A stretch of DNA of 64,000 nt from contig JAYWIR010000001.1 in assembly GCA_036172245.1 (NCBI GenBank), positions 1 to 64,000 of the forward strand, in the 5' to 3' direction. This DNA comes from Raillietiella orientalis (taxonomy: Eukaryota). The notes beneath the pieces were generated by a model that saw only the letters and a program-made list of their open reading frames with translations, was not told the origin of the DNA and ran no database searches. Position numbers and translations under genes: made by a program. This document shows positions 51,428-64,000 of the stretch, piece by piece (within the stretch, counting starts at the first letter, position 1; each line of letters opens with the position of its first letter).

Positions 51428-52455
51428 ATGGCGTCTCTAATAGTGCAATTTTTTTACTCTGCAGCTTGTTTAAAGTGTGTTTCATCAAGGCAGCCCAGCG
51501 CTTGCGGACTTGTGGACAATGTGGTGAGAGCACTTGATGTGAGTTTTGCAATCCAGCAAGAGAAGAGGTTGTGTTGAATCGTGCTGATGTACCAGTTATT
51601 GTATGGTTGCCAGGATTTTCGGTACGTAAGTGGATTATCATTTATTAAGCAAACTCCCCTAATGGTTCTCATTACCACCAATTCACATAAGTCTTCCTCC
51701 TTACTTTTTAATATCCACTATTTATATTAGAGTACCTAATTCTGTTTTATTAATAATAGTTTATTAAAAATTAATATTTAGATATAAAACCAAAATTTTT
51801 TATTTTAAATTAATAAAGCATTACTATTGATTTAACTCTTACGTCATATTCCAACTTTTGGAATGTGACGTAAGTAGTCTCACTTATTAGAATGGTATCC
51901 TAGAAAGCATTATCAGGAACAGGTTCAAAGTCAGCAAGCTTTTGCTTCAAAGTCCCGGAAGAGAAAAGTCAACGGAAACAAGTTATTACCTTTCATGACG
52001 GAGTGGGAACGTATTTGCGAGTACTGAGGTCGACGACCTTTCGTGCCCAAAGAATACCTGCAGTGGAGTTTCGAAAAGCAGGAGACAACCTTGGTTATCC
52101 CTCACGAAACCAGAGTTGAAAGGAGGAGCTTCGGTCTGTGTTCCCCGAACACTCCCGCGCCTTCCCGAATTGAGCTTGAAATCTGGTGCACGCCCGTCAG
52201 GCTGTATTTTTAGGTTTTCCGTAATACACACGTGGTATGTGTGTTTCGCCTGCAGCATTGCCAGGAAGGGAAATCGTGCCCTCTTGGAAGGCGTACACCA
52301 CTTGGCTCTGGTAAGGTGTTTCAGAGCAGGGGGTGTACGAATCGACGGTGTGAACAGGAAAGATCGCGGGCGCATCCGAAGAGCCTGCGTGCTCGCTCGT
52401 GTTGCACAAATTTGCAAAATACATAGCAAAGAGGATAGGTGAAGAGAAATCCTAC

Positions 52456-53533
52456 ATGGAGGACTTGGACTGTCTTTTGTTGAGTGAGCATCCCACTTTT
52501 TTCGAGGAATGTTCCCGTTTGCTAAATGAGCAATGGCCCAGGAACGACACTGCCAGGTGGGTGAATGGGTTCATGATTTTCAAGGAACCCGATTTCCATG
52601 CTGCTAAGGAGGTACAAGTGCTGTCGTTATGTATGCACGGGGACCCCGTGTTTACCTACAAAGTGGTTTCCATTCGTATTGGCAGAATGCATGTGAAACC
52701 GTAAACGCACTCGCACGAATGGACTTGTGCTGTACTTTGGGTGTGTCCATTCTTGTACGGTTTCCTCATGAACTTACCTCCTCCCTAATTGAAAGTTGTG
52801 TCTTCCGCATTCATGCGTGACTGTCATTTGTGTCATCAGCAGTCTGAGGATGAACGTAATGTACTGCATCATTTTGGTGTTTCAGAAAGTATTCTTTGAA
52901 AACTGAAAACGGACGTTTCCCACAGTCTTTGCTGCTAGTCAAAAAAAACAATTTGGAAGGACAAATTCTCATAGGGCATAGTCGTATCAACACATTACCT
53001 TTCTCAAATAAAGACTGCTGGATTGAGTCAGGTATCAATTCATTCTATAGTTCATTAGTAATAGAAATTACAATAGTAATCATAAAGGAAGAATTTAGAA
53101 AGAAAGGCTTTGGTTCCCAACTCATGACTCTGACTGAAACATATGCTATTCAGTGAGTGGGGAAAATGTTATGTTGTTATTCATTTGCAGGCAGGGATTT
53201 CAGAGAGCATTTCTGATGACACATGATCAAGTGGACTTCTATCTAAAATCAGGATACAAACCAACCAATCCAGTTTTCTATTTCCAGGGAAATGGGGCTG
53301 TTTGCCAACAGTATTTGCAACGGCAAAACTTGATAAAACCACCATCACCAATTGTTTATGATGCAGCAACACATTCAGGATGCTTACAAAGTGCTAAGGG
53401 TAGCAGTGAAAGTGTAGTTGTCGCTCCTCCACCACCACCACTACCACCACCATCAATCAAAAATATAGCTCAGTCAAAATCACATTTTATGGTGAAGGAG
53501 CTTCTGGAATCACCTGCAGATAATATTCCATAG
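52456..53533 (+). CDS. NAA80: N-alpha-acetyltransferase 80-like (actin N-terminal GNAT acetyltransferase); exons ~52456-52556, 52886-53031, 53077-53152, 53191-53533
   Basis: GT-AG splicing keeps frame; LLNEQWPR, IGHSRI, RKKGFGSQLM (acetyl-CoA motif), LMTHDQVDFYLKSGY and a polyproline tract typical of NAA80. Confidence 0.85.
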
Positions 53534-54179
53534 AATCTAGTTTGCAAAGTGAGCCAATAACTTATGTTCTGTAGAAGACATATCTTGCATGAAGTGTACT
53601 TGGTAGATTCGTTGTAAAATTAGGCAGCTTTATGAAAAGCAGACAAGAGGTTGATTGAGGTGCACCAAGTGGTGGAGTTGGAGAGCTCATTGACACTACT
53701 GCCAAAAAAAGAAAAAAAACATTGTAGCTACTTTAATGTTGAAACAAGTAATACACCAAAGTGAGAATTTGGAACTGAATGTGCCATATGAAAACAATAG
53801 TCACACTCTTGGGAATGCAAATCTCCCAGCTAGAAGGGTGGTAATCTGATTATATGCACCAAAGGCACAAATTTTCAATAGGAATCTCCTGCGAATCCTT
53901 CAGTTATTAAAAGAACTTATTTTATTAGGAATGAATTCCATCTTTAAATTCCGGTTATGCTGCATGGCTTTTTATTTGCATTACTTTGGCTAAATTCAAA
54001 GACTTGCTTAAGCGATACCAGGATGTTTCCACCGCCTCTGTTAAAATGTATAAAGTTTTGTCAACTGTGCACTCCTGTCCAAATTTACTTAGGCACCATT
54101 TCAGGTTGGAGCTAGTGTCCTTTGTTTGTGGTGTGTTCAGTTTCTTATATGCTTGAAAGTTGGAGATACCAGCGAGAGT

Positions 54180-55350
54180 TAATTGTTTTCCTACCTTTTT
54201 ATGTAACTGAATTGGAATCGATTACGATTGGCGAATCGTACTTCTGTAGGGTTCGCTTCTGATAAGTCTTTCCAGAATGGTGAGAGAATTTTGTAGCAGG
54301 GGAGAATTGCACTTGGTGACTGTTGCTGCTTCTCAATTTGCAGGTTTATCGCACCTTACCAAACTTAATGATTCCGGTTAGATGTACAGATTTCGCCCAA
54401 CACATCTCAAACACTCATTCGTTATGTGTTCCCATGCCACAATACGATTCCTCAGCCAAGTGCTCAGATGGGGAACGGTGTGAAATGTGACGATATTCAC
54501 AAAGGACACCTTATCCTTCTGGAGCAGTCTACGATAAGTGCATGATGGGAAACGCTTGTCGCAAACTGTTACCACATGTTTGCACCCTGTGACCCATAGA
54601 TTATTTCAGGTTCCGAAGAAGCATTGTATCATGAACAGTGTGCTCCCAAGGGAGACCAGAAAAGTTATTATGTTTCCCTTCTCCTTTGAGATCTCAGATA
54701 TGAGATTTCTGGCGATTTCCAACCATCGCAGAGTCGGTTGACCTTATTTTTGCACTTAAGGTATGTTAATAATTTCTTTTGGAACGCAAAAATTTCCCTA
54801 TCTCAAATTCAGTACAAAGTCTCCAATTTCCTGCGCCTCGACCAACTAGTAGAATCTAAATTCTGATTTAAAAGAATTGTATTTTGAAGCAGTATGAAGA
54901 GTTTTAAAAGAAGTGACCTTGGAATTCTTGTCAGTGTATTATGAAACACCAACAAATGCACGTATTTCCGTGTACGACACATTTCCAAAGTCCAATCCAG
55001 TTCCAAAAGCACTCATGGAGAGGTGGTACCCAAATGCACGTTCGCAAAGTATTCCGTGAAGATTAGCTGGTCACCCATGTGTGTATGTGGAAGATGCTTT
55101 TCATTGTAACTGTGTGTGTGATCTGGATACCCGTTCACGAATTTATTTCTACCGGTAACTATTTAATCTGCATCAAGAAATTGAGATGCGGTCGAAATCA
55201 TTCACTGCAGTGGATGAGTGTTACGGTTTTCAAGTCACTTTCCATGAATGCCTTAGGCATGACCTTCCTGCAACTCCAAATCTCCATGTGTTGAAAACTG
55301 TTGCACTCTTCCGAAGCTCGTTTTTTCGTAATTTCCCGTGATGTCCTTCT
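54180..55350 (-). mobile_element. Possible very old CR1/L2-group LINE RT remnant
   Basis: Only loose similarity: NDFDRISIS, RRLLQKDKVSFVNIVTFH...AW, NRNRFQFSY; many stops. Confidence 0.3.
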
Positions 55351-55570
55351 GTGACTCATCATGTGTGACTCGCGCTTCCTTTATGCTATGGAACATCCCT
55401 AATTGACAAGTAAACGATAATACTTAAAATGTATTTTATAAAATCTATGCTTCTCTATCGTAGCTTCTAGTATCAAATTCCAAACAAATATGTAGTAGAA
55501 AAAAATATAGAGAAAGTTTCTATCCTGTGGAATAAACATCCAGGAAGAAATGCAGGTAATTCTGTAGTTA

Positions 55571-58220
55571 TCAGGAATACGGATCATGCAATGGGAAGGA
55601 AAAGAGAGCATTAGCTAGGCCTTTCACAATATAAATAGATATTATTAGAGTTTGATTCATAAGGGTTTTCCAGGATTTGCTTTTTGCTTTCCGCGTCAGA
55701 TGCTGCTCCAGTATCTTAGTCTTGAGATCATTGTTTTCCAGCCTGGAATGCAATAGTGTATATCTTACCCCTTGGAATTGTAATGATACCTGTACTCCAT
55801 TAATGAATTTTCTAGAACCTCAAGTTCATTATTCTTTCGTTTTACAACGCTTTTCAAATCACTTATGTTTTCTTGCAAATTCTGCGAGTCGTTCGTGCTG
55901 GCTAACAGTTCTTCGTTCAGCCTCCCAGTTTGCAACTCGAGCGATTCCATCTTGCTGAAAAAGGCGTTCACGGAGAAGTGAGCTGCTTCTCGAATCTTTG
56001 CAAACCTATTTAAATGGAAATTCAATCTGTCAATATGCTTCACATTCGCTTTGAGTGTCTCAATTTCGGCTTCGTATATGTCGATAGACTGCTGAACTTT
56101 CCTCAGTGTTTTCTCCATTTCTGCCTTCTGTCTCTCAGCAGCAGCCAGCTCTGACGTCCGCTTGTTGCATTCAGATAGAAGTTCGTTCATCTGGGAACAC
56201 GTTACAGTCATTTTGTCCACTTACTGTTCGCCGTGCTTTCGTAAAATACCTTTGCCTGCATTTCGAAAAGATCGTTCCGATATTTCCCTGCATTTCTTTG
56301 TTCTTGCTGTAGTTCTTCCTCGTACAGCTTACAGTCGTTCTGCAAGTCTTCCATTTTTAGAAGCAGTTGACTTCTTTCATTTAGTAACAAGCTATGCTGC
56401 TTTTCATAGCGATGCAATCTTTGGCAGAGGTCCAGCTTTTCCTGTTAATGTTTGGCGTCGTACATTAAAAATTAGAGCTAACAGGATTGCTACTTCTTTA
56501 CTTGTTGCGTTCAGTGTTAGCAACAAGAGCTTTCAAATGAGTCTGGAGAGGCTTAAATATCAGCCCGAGGCTCATAGTTCTGCCATTGCAGCAAAGCAAT
56601 AAACAACAAACATCAAGTCAGTGTGTTTTGAGTAACCTCAGAACCATCCGTTTCAAGCTACCGCTTGATTCCTTATCTCTTTAGAATGGAAGTGTTGCGA
56701 GTTTTCCAAATGCATGTACTATGAAGGAACTACAACCCTATGTAATCTCAGTTTGCTTCGGGTGTTACCTTACCTTTTGGCTTCTCCCCCTGGAGATGCA
56801 GTGATCCTTACCGAAACCGATTCAAGAAGAATATTCCGCAGCTCTTCCCCCTCCCATTTTTTCTAATGAAATATGCTTCTTAGGTATGCAAAAAGCAAAT
56901 GCCAAAGCACCACTGCACTTTCCCACTCCGTACCCCGGTAATCCCTCCCTGCTAAAACGCCTACAAGATAACTTGAAAGTTTGCGTTTATTTCATGAGCA
57001 ATGCTTGCAGCTCAAGGAAACTCCTCCGCTGATTTCTATTGATAGCGAGAAACAGGGCACTTGGATATTGTGGAACACATGTACATATTTAATAAATGCG
57101 ATGCCGCCCGTTTCCCTTTGGTACCCCACGTTCTGCTTGGGTCAAGAACCACAAAACGCTGGTCACAGTGTACTTCCAGTGATGGACGGCTGAGGAGACG
57201 GCACCGTGTGTTTTCCCCTTTCACAAACCGAAATCCGTTATGAAATTTACGTTCCTTCAACGAGCAAAGGAGCGACTCCAGTAGGTAATTCTATCACCAA
57301 GGTTGGTCCGTTATTCCGATTTGCTATTATCCGTCGCTTCCCGACTCGATATGAATCCAATACGAGGTGCGGGGTGCTGCTATTTATCATGTGTTCGGAT
57401 TAGAAAAATGATTTGGTGAAGCCTCTAAAGAGTAGTACGCACGCAATGAAGCAGACTCACTTTCCTTACTTAAGGGAGCACTTTGTACACAAGCAAGCGG
57501 AATGCCTGGCTGGCAATATTCATCTACTGCTCTTGCTTTGCAAACTGTTTAATTTGCTCCTACTCTCTCGGTACGTAATGATCGAAAAGCATGCTTTAAA
57601 GTCACTAGGTCTTCACATTCTCATGAGTGTACCTGACTAATCACACTTAATTGGGACTGGAGGTTATTTATTTCCCTCGTCCTGCTGTCGCAATCTTTCT
57701 GGATTGCAGTCGAACGTTCCTTCTCTGAATGTAGCATCGACCGAGTCACCTTGATCTGCATCTGAAGCTGCTCCACCTTCCAGGATCATGCCTGAGTAGC
57801 TCTCCCTAGTTCCTCTTTAATTCCCTTTTTACTTGGTGGTTGATTCTGCGGCACTCTGCTTGAAATTGGTCGTTTTCTTTGCGACTCTTCCTCCAGCAAT
57901 TGAGAAGCAACGTGTGCAAAATTTTGCGAGACGCAGACTCCAGAATCCGCAGATTCTCCGATTCAGTCAACATAATGTTTTTTTTCTTCAGTTTTCGCAA
58001 GGAGCTCAATAACATCGCATTCTGGAAGTGGACGTCAATACAAGAAGAGAAGGGAACGAGGGCAGGGTCTCATTATACTTGCACTACGATATCAGCATTC
58101 TTCACCCGCTGGCACTCTCGCATCCACGAGTGCAGTTCCGGATCCAACAGTTCGCCACTTCCGAGTACATCAGAAGCATTGCCATAAAATTTACCGCCGA
58201 GTTGGCTTATGTCTGGAGGA
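55571..58220 (-). CDS. Multi-exon coiled-coil protein gene of unknown identity (5' extent uncertain)
   Basis: E/K/Q/L-rich heptad-like exons (57806-58015, ~57670-57780, 56208-56417, 55765-56220, 55571-55742) with GT-AG borders; last junction AAG GG|gtaag...cag|G CTG is in frame. Confidence 0.6.
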
Positions 58221-61137
58221 ACACTGAAATGATCATAGAAGCACCCTTGGATGCATGCTGCGGGAAATGAAACAAGCTAATACGGCAACGCCGAATAAGT
58301 CTAAGAACTGCTTTGCCCGGACAATTTCCCAGGAATAAGCGTGTGGGAATAATTAATGATTCTAATTCCTCTTCGCTACTGCGAATTATGGAACCCGCCG
58401 ATCACCGACACGGAACCGGAAACTCTGGCCCTCTACATCTGAAAAGTCGCAAGGATGACCGCATGGCTTTTGGTGTATCCTCGAGTTAGTTTGGAAAGCT
58501 TTGTTTTCCGCTGAATGCCAAATGGAGTCGAGGCACAAGTAAATAAAGCAGAATACGTTATCAAAGGAACGTGAGCGATGCATTAAGCTTTGCTACGAAC
58601 ACCTTACCTTTTCCTCAGGTGGGATTTGCACGGTACATCGTTGCACGACAAAGATCTACGCAACCGATGTAGATGTGGCTGCATTGTTCAAAAGGATCTA
58701 TTCATCAGAACGAATCAGTCACAAGTACGGGCAAGTTCTTCTTCAGTCGTTTCATTCAAAGCATTAATTTCGAAAACACAAACAAAACACGGCTCTTTGC
58801 ATGGATGAGTTCCTGGATTTAACATACTTGTTTTGCGCAAGCCAAAACAAGTGAATGTTTCGAAGGAGGAAGAAAAAAAACACAAAAACCAATTAACTTC
58901 TCATCAAGTTCGCTCCGAACCTCCTGTAGAGGGTGCACGAATGTCGGAACTTCGTATTTTGTTTTCCCTTTCACCTTGATTTGGTGCTTTTGAGACTTGC
59001 GATCGTCTCGGTTTCGAACGAACCCGCGGTTCGAAAGCAACAATGGCGGACAATCGTATGGCGACGAACAATCATGGTGCCCAGCGATGAAAGTCGATTT
59101 GCATGTATAATTCGTTTAATGTGACCCCTTCACTCTTGTGAAGTTATCCCCGGTCCCTCACGGAAGAGCACGTTTCCAATACGGGAACGCGCTACTTCCA
59201 TTCTGTCCATAACCTGAAGATTACCGTGTGGGTCTGAAGCGTAGGTCTGAAGAATCGGACCGACTAATCTTCCAAAGCTTGAAACGAATTTGAGAAAGGT
59301 TCACGTTCAGGATTTGTCCGAGATATCAAAGACGATTGTGATCTCGTAATTGCGCATTTTGGCATGTTGTGTAAGAGTGGATGTTTGTAATAGATATTCA
59401 AGATTTGTAAAAGATGGAGTTATCGACCTCAAGAAAGATAGCAACATTGCGAGAAAAAAAAAGCCTTTCTACAATTCAGTCAGGAGTTACACCTTCGGTC
59501 CATAGTTAGAATTTGAGCCAACTGATTTGTTCCACCGACTTCATGACGTACCAATCTGATTTCCTCATCTGAAGACCTCTAATGTAACTTGGAACTCTAA
59601 GAACATGTATACAGTGATTTCTGACTGCACCGCGTATGAGACATCAGCTTGAAAAAAATTACAGTAACGAGAGCGCAACATAATTTTCAATCCAAAAAAG
59701 GCTGTGTAGTGTTACATTTACTACAGATCCTGTTGTATTAGCCAGTGTCATCTGAACCTTGGACAGATTTCCTCCTCGTGAATTACATCACCATGTGATG
59801 AGCACCTGCAAAGTGATCCCGAAATGCAAGAAGCACCAAGCAGTTGATATTTTTGCAGTGTCGCAGGGAATATTCCTGTAAATTACGTTTGAACTGGGGA
59901 TTTGAGTATTTTCAAAAAGAGTGAAATGAGATTTTTCTTAATGTGGAATTTGTCTAGTTTGAGCTTCTTTTGCATCATTGGAAATTTTCTTTTTTAGTTC
60001 CCTGATATGATTGCTAAATGGATTGCTACTCTAAAAAAAAAATAGGTTAACTCTGTTGTCTTTACCTTTCAGAAGTCGGAGATTGCATTCGTAATGCTGA
60101 AAAGCTTGCACTTACATTCGAAATACTGAAAACAAATTTTCGGTTTCAGATTGAGCACCTCACTGTATTCAGGGAGAGTAAACAAACACTTACGAATACG
60201 GCTGAAGACTAGAGATGTTCTAATCCAATCTGAAGATTCATCTAGCTTCCATCTAGACCTCCCAAAGATTGCGAGTCTTTCAAATTCGAGCAATGCAAAG
60301 AGAACGTGCTGTAGTGGGTGGAAGCTAGTAATGGCAGTTGCTGCGGTTAATTAAACAAATGATTCTAGGGATTATGCATTTAGGTGTATGTTTATTTTAA
60401 ATGCTAATCTCATTTCTGGGGAAGCAGCTGTTCCTATCACTCCTTAATACGATTCGTTTGTAACAAAACGTTTGTGGGTTTCGCATTATTGAAAGTGGCC
60501 TTTCGGTCGCATGTATGAATGAAATTTCGGCAAGAAAACCAATTAACTGATTTACTAGAAATATGAAACTCATTCAGTCTCCTAGTCTCCCCTAACTTAC
60601 CCTCCACTGCTTGTACGAGACCGGCCGTTTTCCATAGAGATTCGCAAATGTGTCCTCAAAAATGAAAAGACCACAGAAAGCATTTGACGAATCTCAGTAA
60701 TTTGTTACTAATAGATGATTAAAACAAAACTTTTAAAATGAAATCGCAGGAATCTCTGGAAATATTTGAAAGCATTGAATAACCAAATGCGATGGCTTCA
60801 AATTTATTTGCACTAAAGGGCCACTACACGCTACATCAATGCTTATAGCCTCAACAATTATATTCACATATATTATAAGAATTGAAAATTATAAAACTAT
60901 AATTTGCACATATGCAGTAGATTTCACACGTCTGAGCCACATGAATACCACTTAACGCAGGTAATTTTTAAATCATTAAACAAATTTTCTTTGATTGTAA
61001 GTTGGGCTACAGAATGGGTACTAAAATGAATATGAAAATACAACATAGAAAATGCTGCTGGACCAAGCGCTCTTTTAACTGAACTCATAGAATAACATTT
61101 GTTTAATGAGTGTCAAATGCAGATGTGAAAAACAAAA

Positions 61138-62229
61138 TTAAAACAATTCTTCATCATATGTAACCAAAGTTCTTTTGTCACGATGACTTCCCTTCTGTGA
61201 GTGACTAGCAGCTGAAATATGAAAAAAAGTTGATCTACAATACATAGAAGCATAATGCTCATATACCTATGGTGGACCATGCTGACGAAGAAGACACATC
61301 ATTGATCGGTTCAATGATAGGTTGCCTGCGTGCAAAGGATACTTTCAGCTGAATTCCAGAAACCATGCAACCATTCAACTAAGAATTCAACAATTAGAAT
61401 AAAATAAGCCATGCTTATGCATACTTCCAAAACGGCTTTTTCAGCACTTTCAACTTTTTCAAAGGTGACAAAACCACAACTACACATTCATTAAAGTTTG
61501 GTGGAGTATAATCTAAATACCTACTTTTTCTCAATTTCCATAGAAATATTGAGAATTTTTCCAAATGTTTGAAATGCTCTTCTTAAGATTTCTTCCGTTA
61601 TGCTATAACCATAAATATATATAGTATTGCCCTGACGAGGTTTGTATGGTGATTTCATTTCTGAACCATCAGGCTCACCTCTGTCATTTTGATGATTTGA
61701 AGGAAGGAAAGAGTCATACAAATTCTGTGCAATTCTTTTAGTCTGTGAAGTGCACAGAAAGATTCAGAGTACCTTAACTCTCTTCTGGGAACAAACAACA
61801 TCTTCAGGATGAGTAGCTGAAAATGGTTGATAACCAGACAAAGCTTTATCAGCTCCACTCATTTTCCTTTCAAAACCTGTTGAACGTTTAAATGTTGTTC
61901 TTTCTTGTTTATCTGCAAAAAACAGATTTGCAAACAAAAAAAACTTTGAACTACAAAACCTGGTTTAGGGATGGCACTAATAACTCCAGATTTAATTAGC
62001 TTCTTTGCTACTTCTTTGGCATCTTTTGCTTCAATAGGTCTTTTCAAGCTTCCTGCCTTATCAGCATCCTGCTTGGGAACCTTCAGAGATAATAATGCCT
62101 TTTTCTAAAAAAACAAAATAGGAAAAAGCCATACAAATGTAAACATACCTTTCTTTTGAGTTTCTGATATTTTGCTTGTAGCATCAGTTCTTCTTCTGTA
62201 TAATTTGTTGGGAAATGCAAATAAACCAT
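61138..62229 (-). CDS. NELFE: Negative elongation factor E (RRM protein), multi-exon
   Basis: MVYLHFPTNYTEEELMLQAKYQKLKRKKKAL N-terminus; RRM GNTIYIYG...CGFVTF...LKVSFARRQP; C-terminal SQKGSHRDKRTLVTYDEELF*. Confidence 0.92.
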
Positions 62230-62666
62230 TGTTTGCCTGCTGCAACGATAGCATTTAGAAAACACATACCTGACAAACACAATTTCATATATTATCAACA
62301 TATAATTTATATCCCATGATTCCTTAATGTTGAGAGTAACCAAAAATACATGAATGTAATACATATTACACAACACAGTATAAAATAACTGGGGTATAAG
62401 CTAAATTTCTAAGCACTTACTCTGCAGAAGCACCCTGAAATTTGCACTAAGTATATAGGGCTCCAGATAAGGGTCCAGAAAAACAATCTGCGGTGAAGAT
62501 GCGATGAAGATGATGTCACTTATCTTCAAAATAACTGTGCACAACGGCTACAGAGACGCTCACAACTGCCGACTAGAATACATTGCAAACGCGTACTTCC
62601 AGGTAAAGAAGGCCCTGCAGGTCGCGCTTCGAAATTTCGTAAACAATTAGTAATCACATTGGAGCT

Positions 62667-63350
62667 ATTAATGCTCTTCCACTGCCAACTGATAAATCAC
62701 ATCAACAACATATTGCCATAAGAATTTGTCGACTTTCAGCAGCCTTTCATTAATTTGAAAACACTGCACAACTTGCACCATTCTACGGTCGAAGGAACAC
62801 TACGGATGACTTGGCATCCTATGTCAACAACAACACCACTCTCCTACGAAAGGAAAGGGGTGCCCGTGCAAACGAAGATGGCATGATTTTTATTTGGTTT
62901 TGCACGAAATGGGAAGGCTTATTATTAGGAAGTACTGAATAATATTGTGCGAAACGGAAAAAAGATTAGCCTTACTAATGAGTGTAGTAACTTGCAAACA
63001 AGTCAAGAAGAGTATGCACAGTTCTTGCTGTAAATTTTCAAAAGCTTGCAAAAAACACACAAGCCAATATTCGAAAATTTCAGGAATCTCTACGCTTTTT
63101 CGAAAGACTTATCAATACATAGCAATTTTACTTCACAAATTAAGCAAAGGAGACACGTTTCCTAAAATATTTAATTTCCATCTGCCTGTCTCTGTTGCCA
63201 ATCAGCATAATCCGAAGCTTGATTAAATTGCCAAAACTTTGTTAAAAACCATCAACAAGAATACAGCAGTAGTTAGATTCTTAATTTGAGACTATTGGTC
63301 CGTAGATGTGACTCCACTGATCTTGAGAGTAGTGACAGCTGTGGTACCTA
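62667..63350 (-). CDS. Probable exons of a small host gene with an actin-like GVVVDIG motif (model incomplete)
   Basis: Splice-bounded segment ESGVVVDIGCQVIRSVP at ~62790-62843 and neighbouring short open segments. Confidence 0.3.
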
Positions 63351-64000
63351 AACCAAAGAAAAATAATAGATGGTGCATCTAATGACAAAAAATATTTACA
63401 GTTTCTGTGACATTATAAATATATAGAATGTCTTAAATGTTCACTGCAATATTGAAGTTTAACATTGGCATTTGAAATTTTCCTTTTCCTTAAAAGTCAA
63501 GAAAGGCAGAAATTGGTTAAATTCAGTTGAGACTGAATCAGACATGTGCATGAAAATGTGTAGTATTCAGAAAATGGTTTCACTTCGAAATGAATGAAAT
63601 ATGTAAGAAACCTCGGTAAAGTTTTTCAGTGAAGAAAACATCGTGATCCTTCTTCATTCAGTGCCATGACAATTTTTTTTGTCAAAATCGCGTTTTTAAA
63701 AAAGGTTCTGTAAATTCCGTTCCGTATGATCCGAGACTGTAAGTCTTTCGGTGGTGTTTCAAACACGCATTCCATATTATGTTCATTTAAATTGGAATTT
63801 CAGCGGAATCGAAACATTTGGTATAACCTCCAGTTTACAAATAGCTCGGTACTACTTACTCTACCTCCATGTTGATGCAAAATTAAGAAATGATTTAATC
63901 ACTTGCTATCCGCATTATTGAATTTTCTCTCTTGTTATATAAGGATGGCGGATACATTTGAAAGTCGTTACGTATTTTTCATTTAACATCCGTTTCAATT

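Noticed and set aside
58985-59039. Possible three-way junction (GAGAC/GTCTC, CGAAC/GTTCG, TGCTTT/AAAGCA)
   Set aside because: Short stems, no tRNA or ribozyme consensus; compatible with chance.

Overview
Eukaryotic genomic DNA, probably from a nematode-like invertebrate (very short introns with TTTCAG-type acceptors; retention of NELF-E suggests a non-Caenorhabditis lineage such as clade I, which is inference only). Positions 1 to ~51,450 are a dense GC-rich nest of non-LTR retrotransposons in alternating orientations. Most are L1/Tx1-like (ORF1 with RRM-like region and CCHC knuckles; ORF2 with APE endonuclease, RT with QGD/YADD and C-terminal Cys/His motif) and fall into two provisional groups, 'A-group' (several subfamilies) and 'B'. 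One decayed RLE-type (NeSL/Utopia-like) element is nested among them. A ~10.6 kb block (2383-12952) recurs in inverted orientation at 26827-37373. The elements share unusual cis-features: a 3' terminus of AATAAA plus a short GC stem-loop with no poly(A) tail, TAATG/TGATG ORF1-ORF2 overlaps, a conserved 5' GCGGACGTGTTTT motif, and a recurrent antisense junction at the same codon of a related element's endonuclease gene. From ~51.5 kb the DNA is AT-rich and carries intron-containing host genes (NAA80-like, a coiled-coil gene, NELF-E). Element boundaries were read by eye and are approximate unless a motif is quoted.
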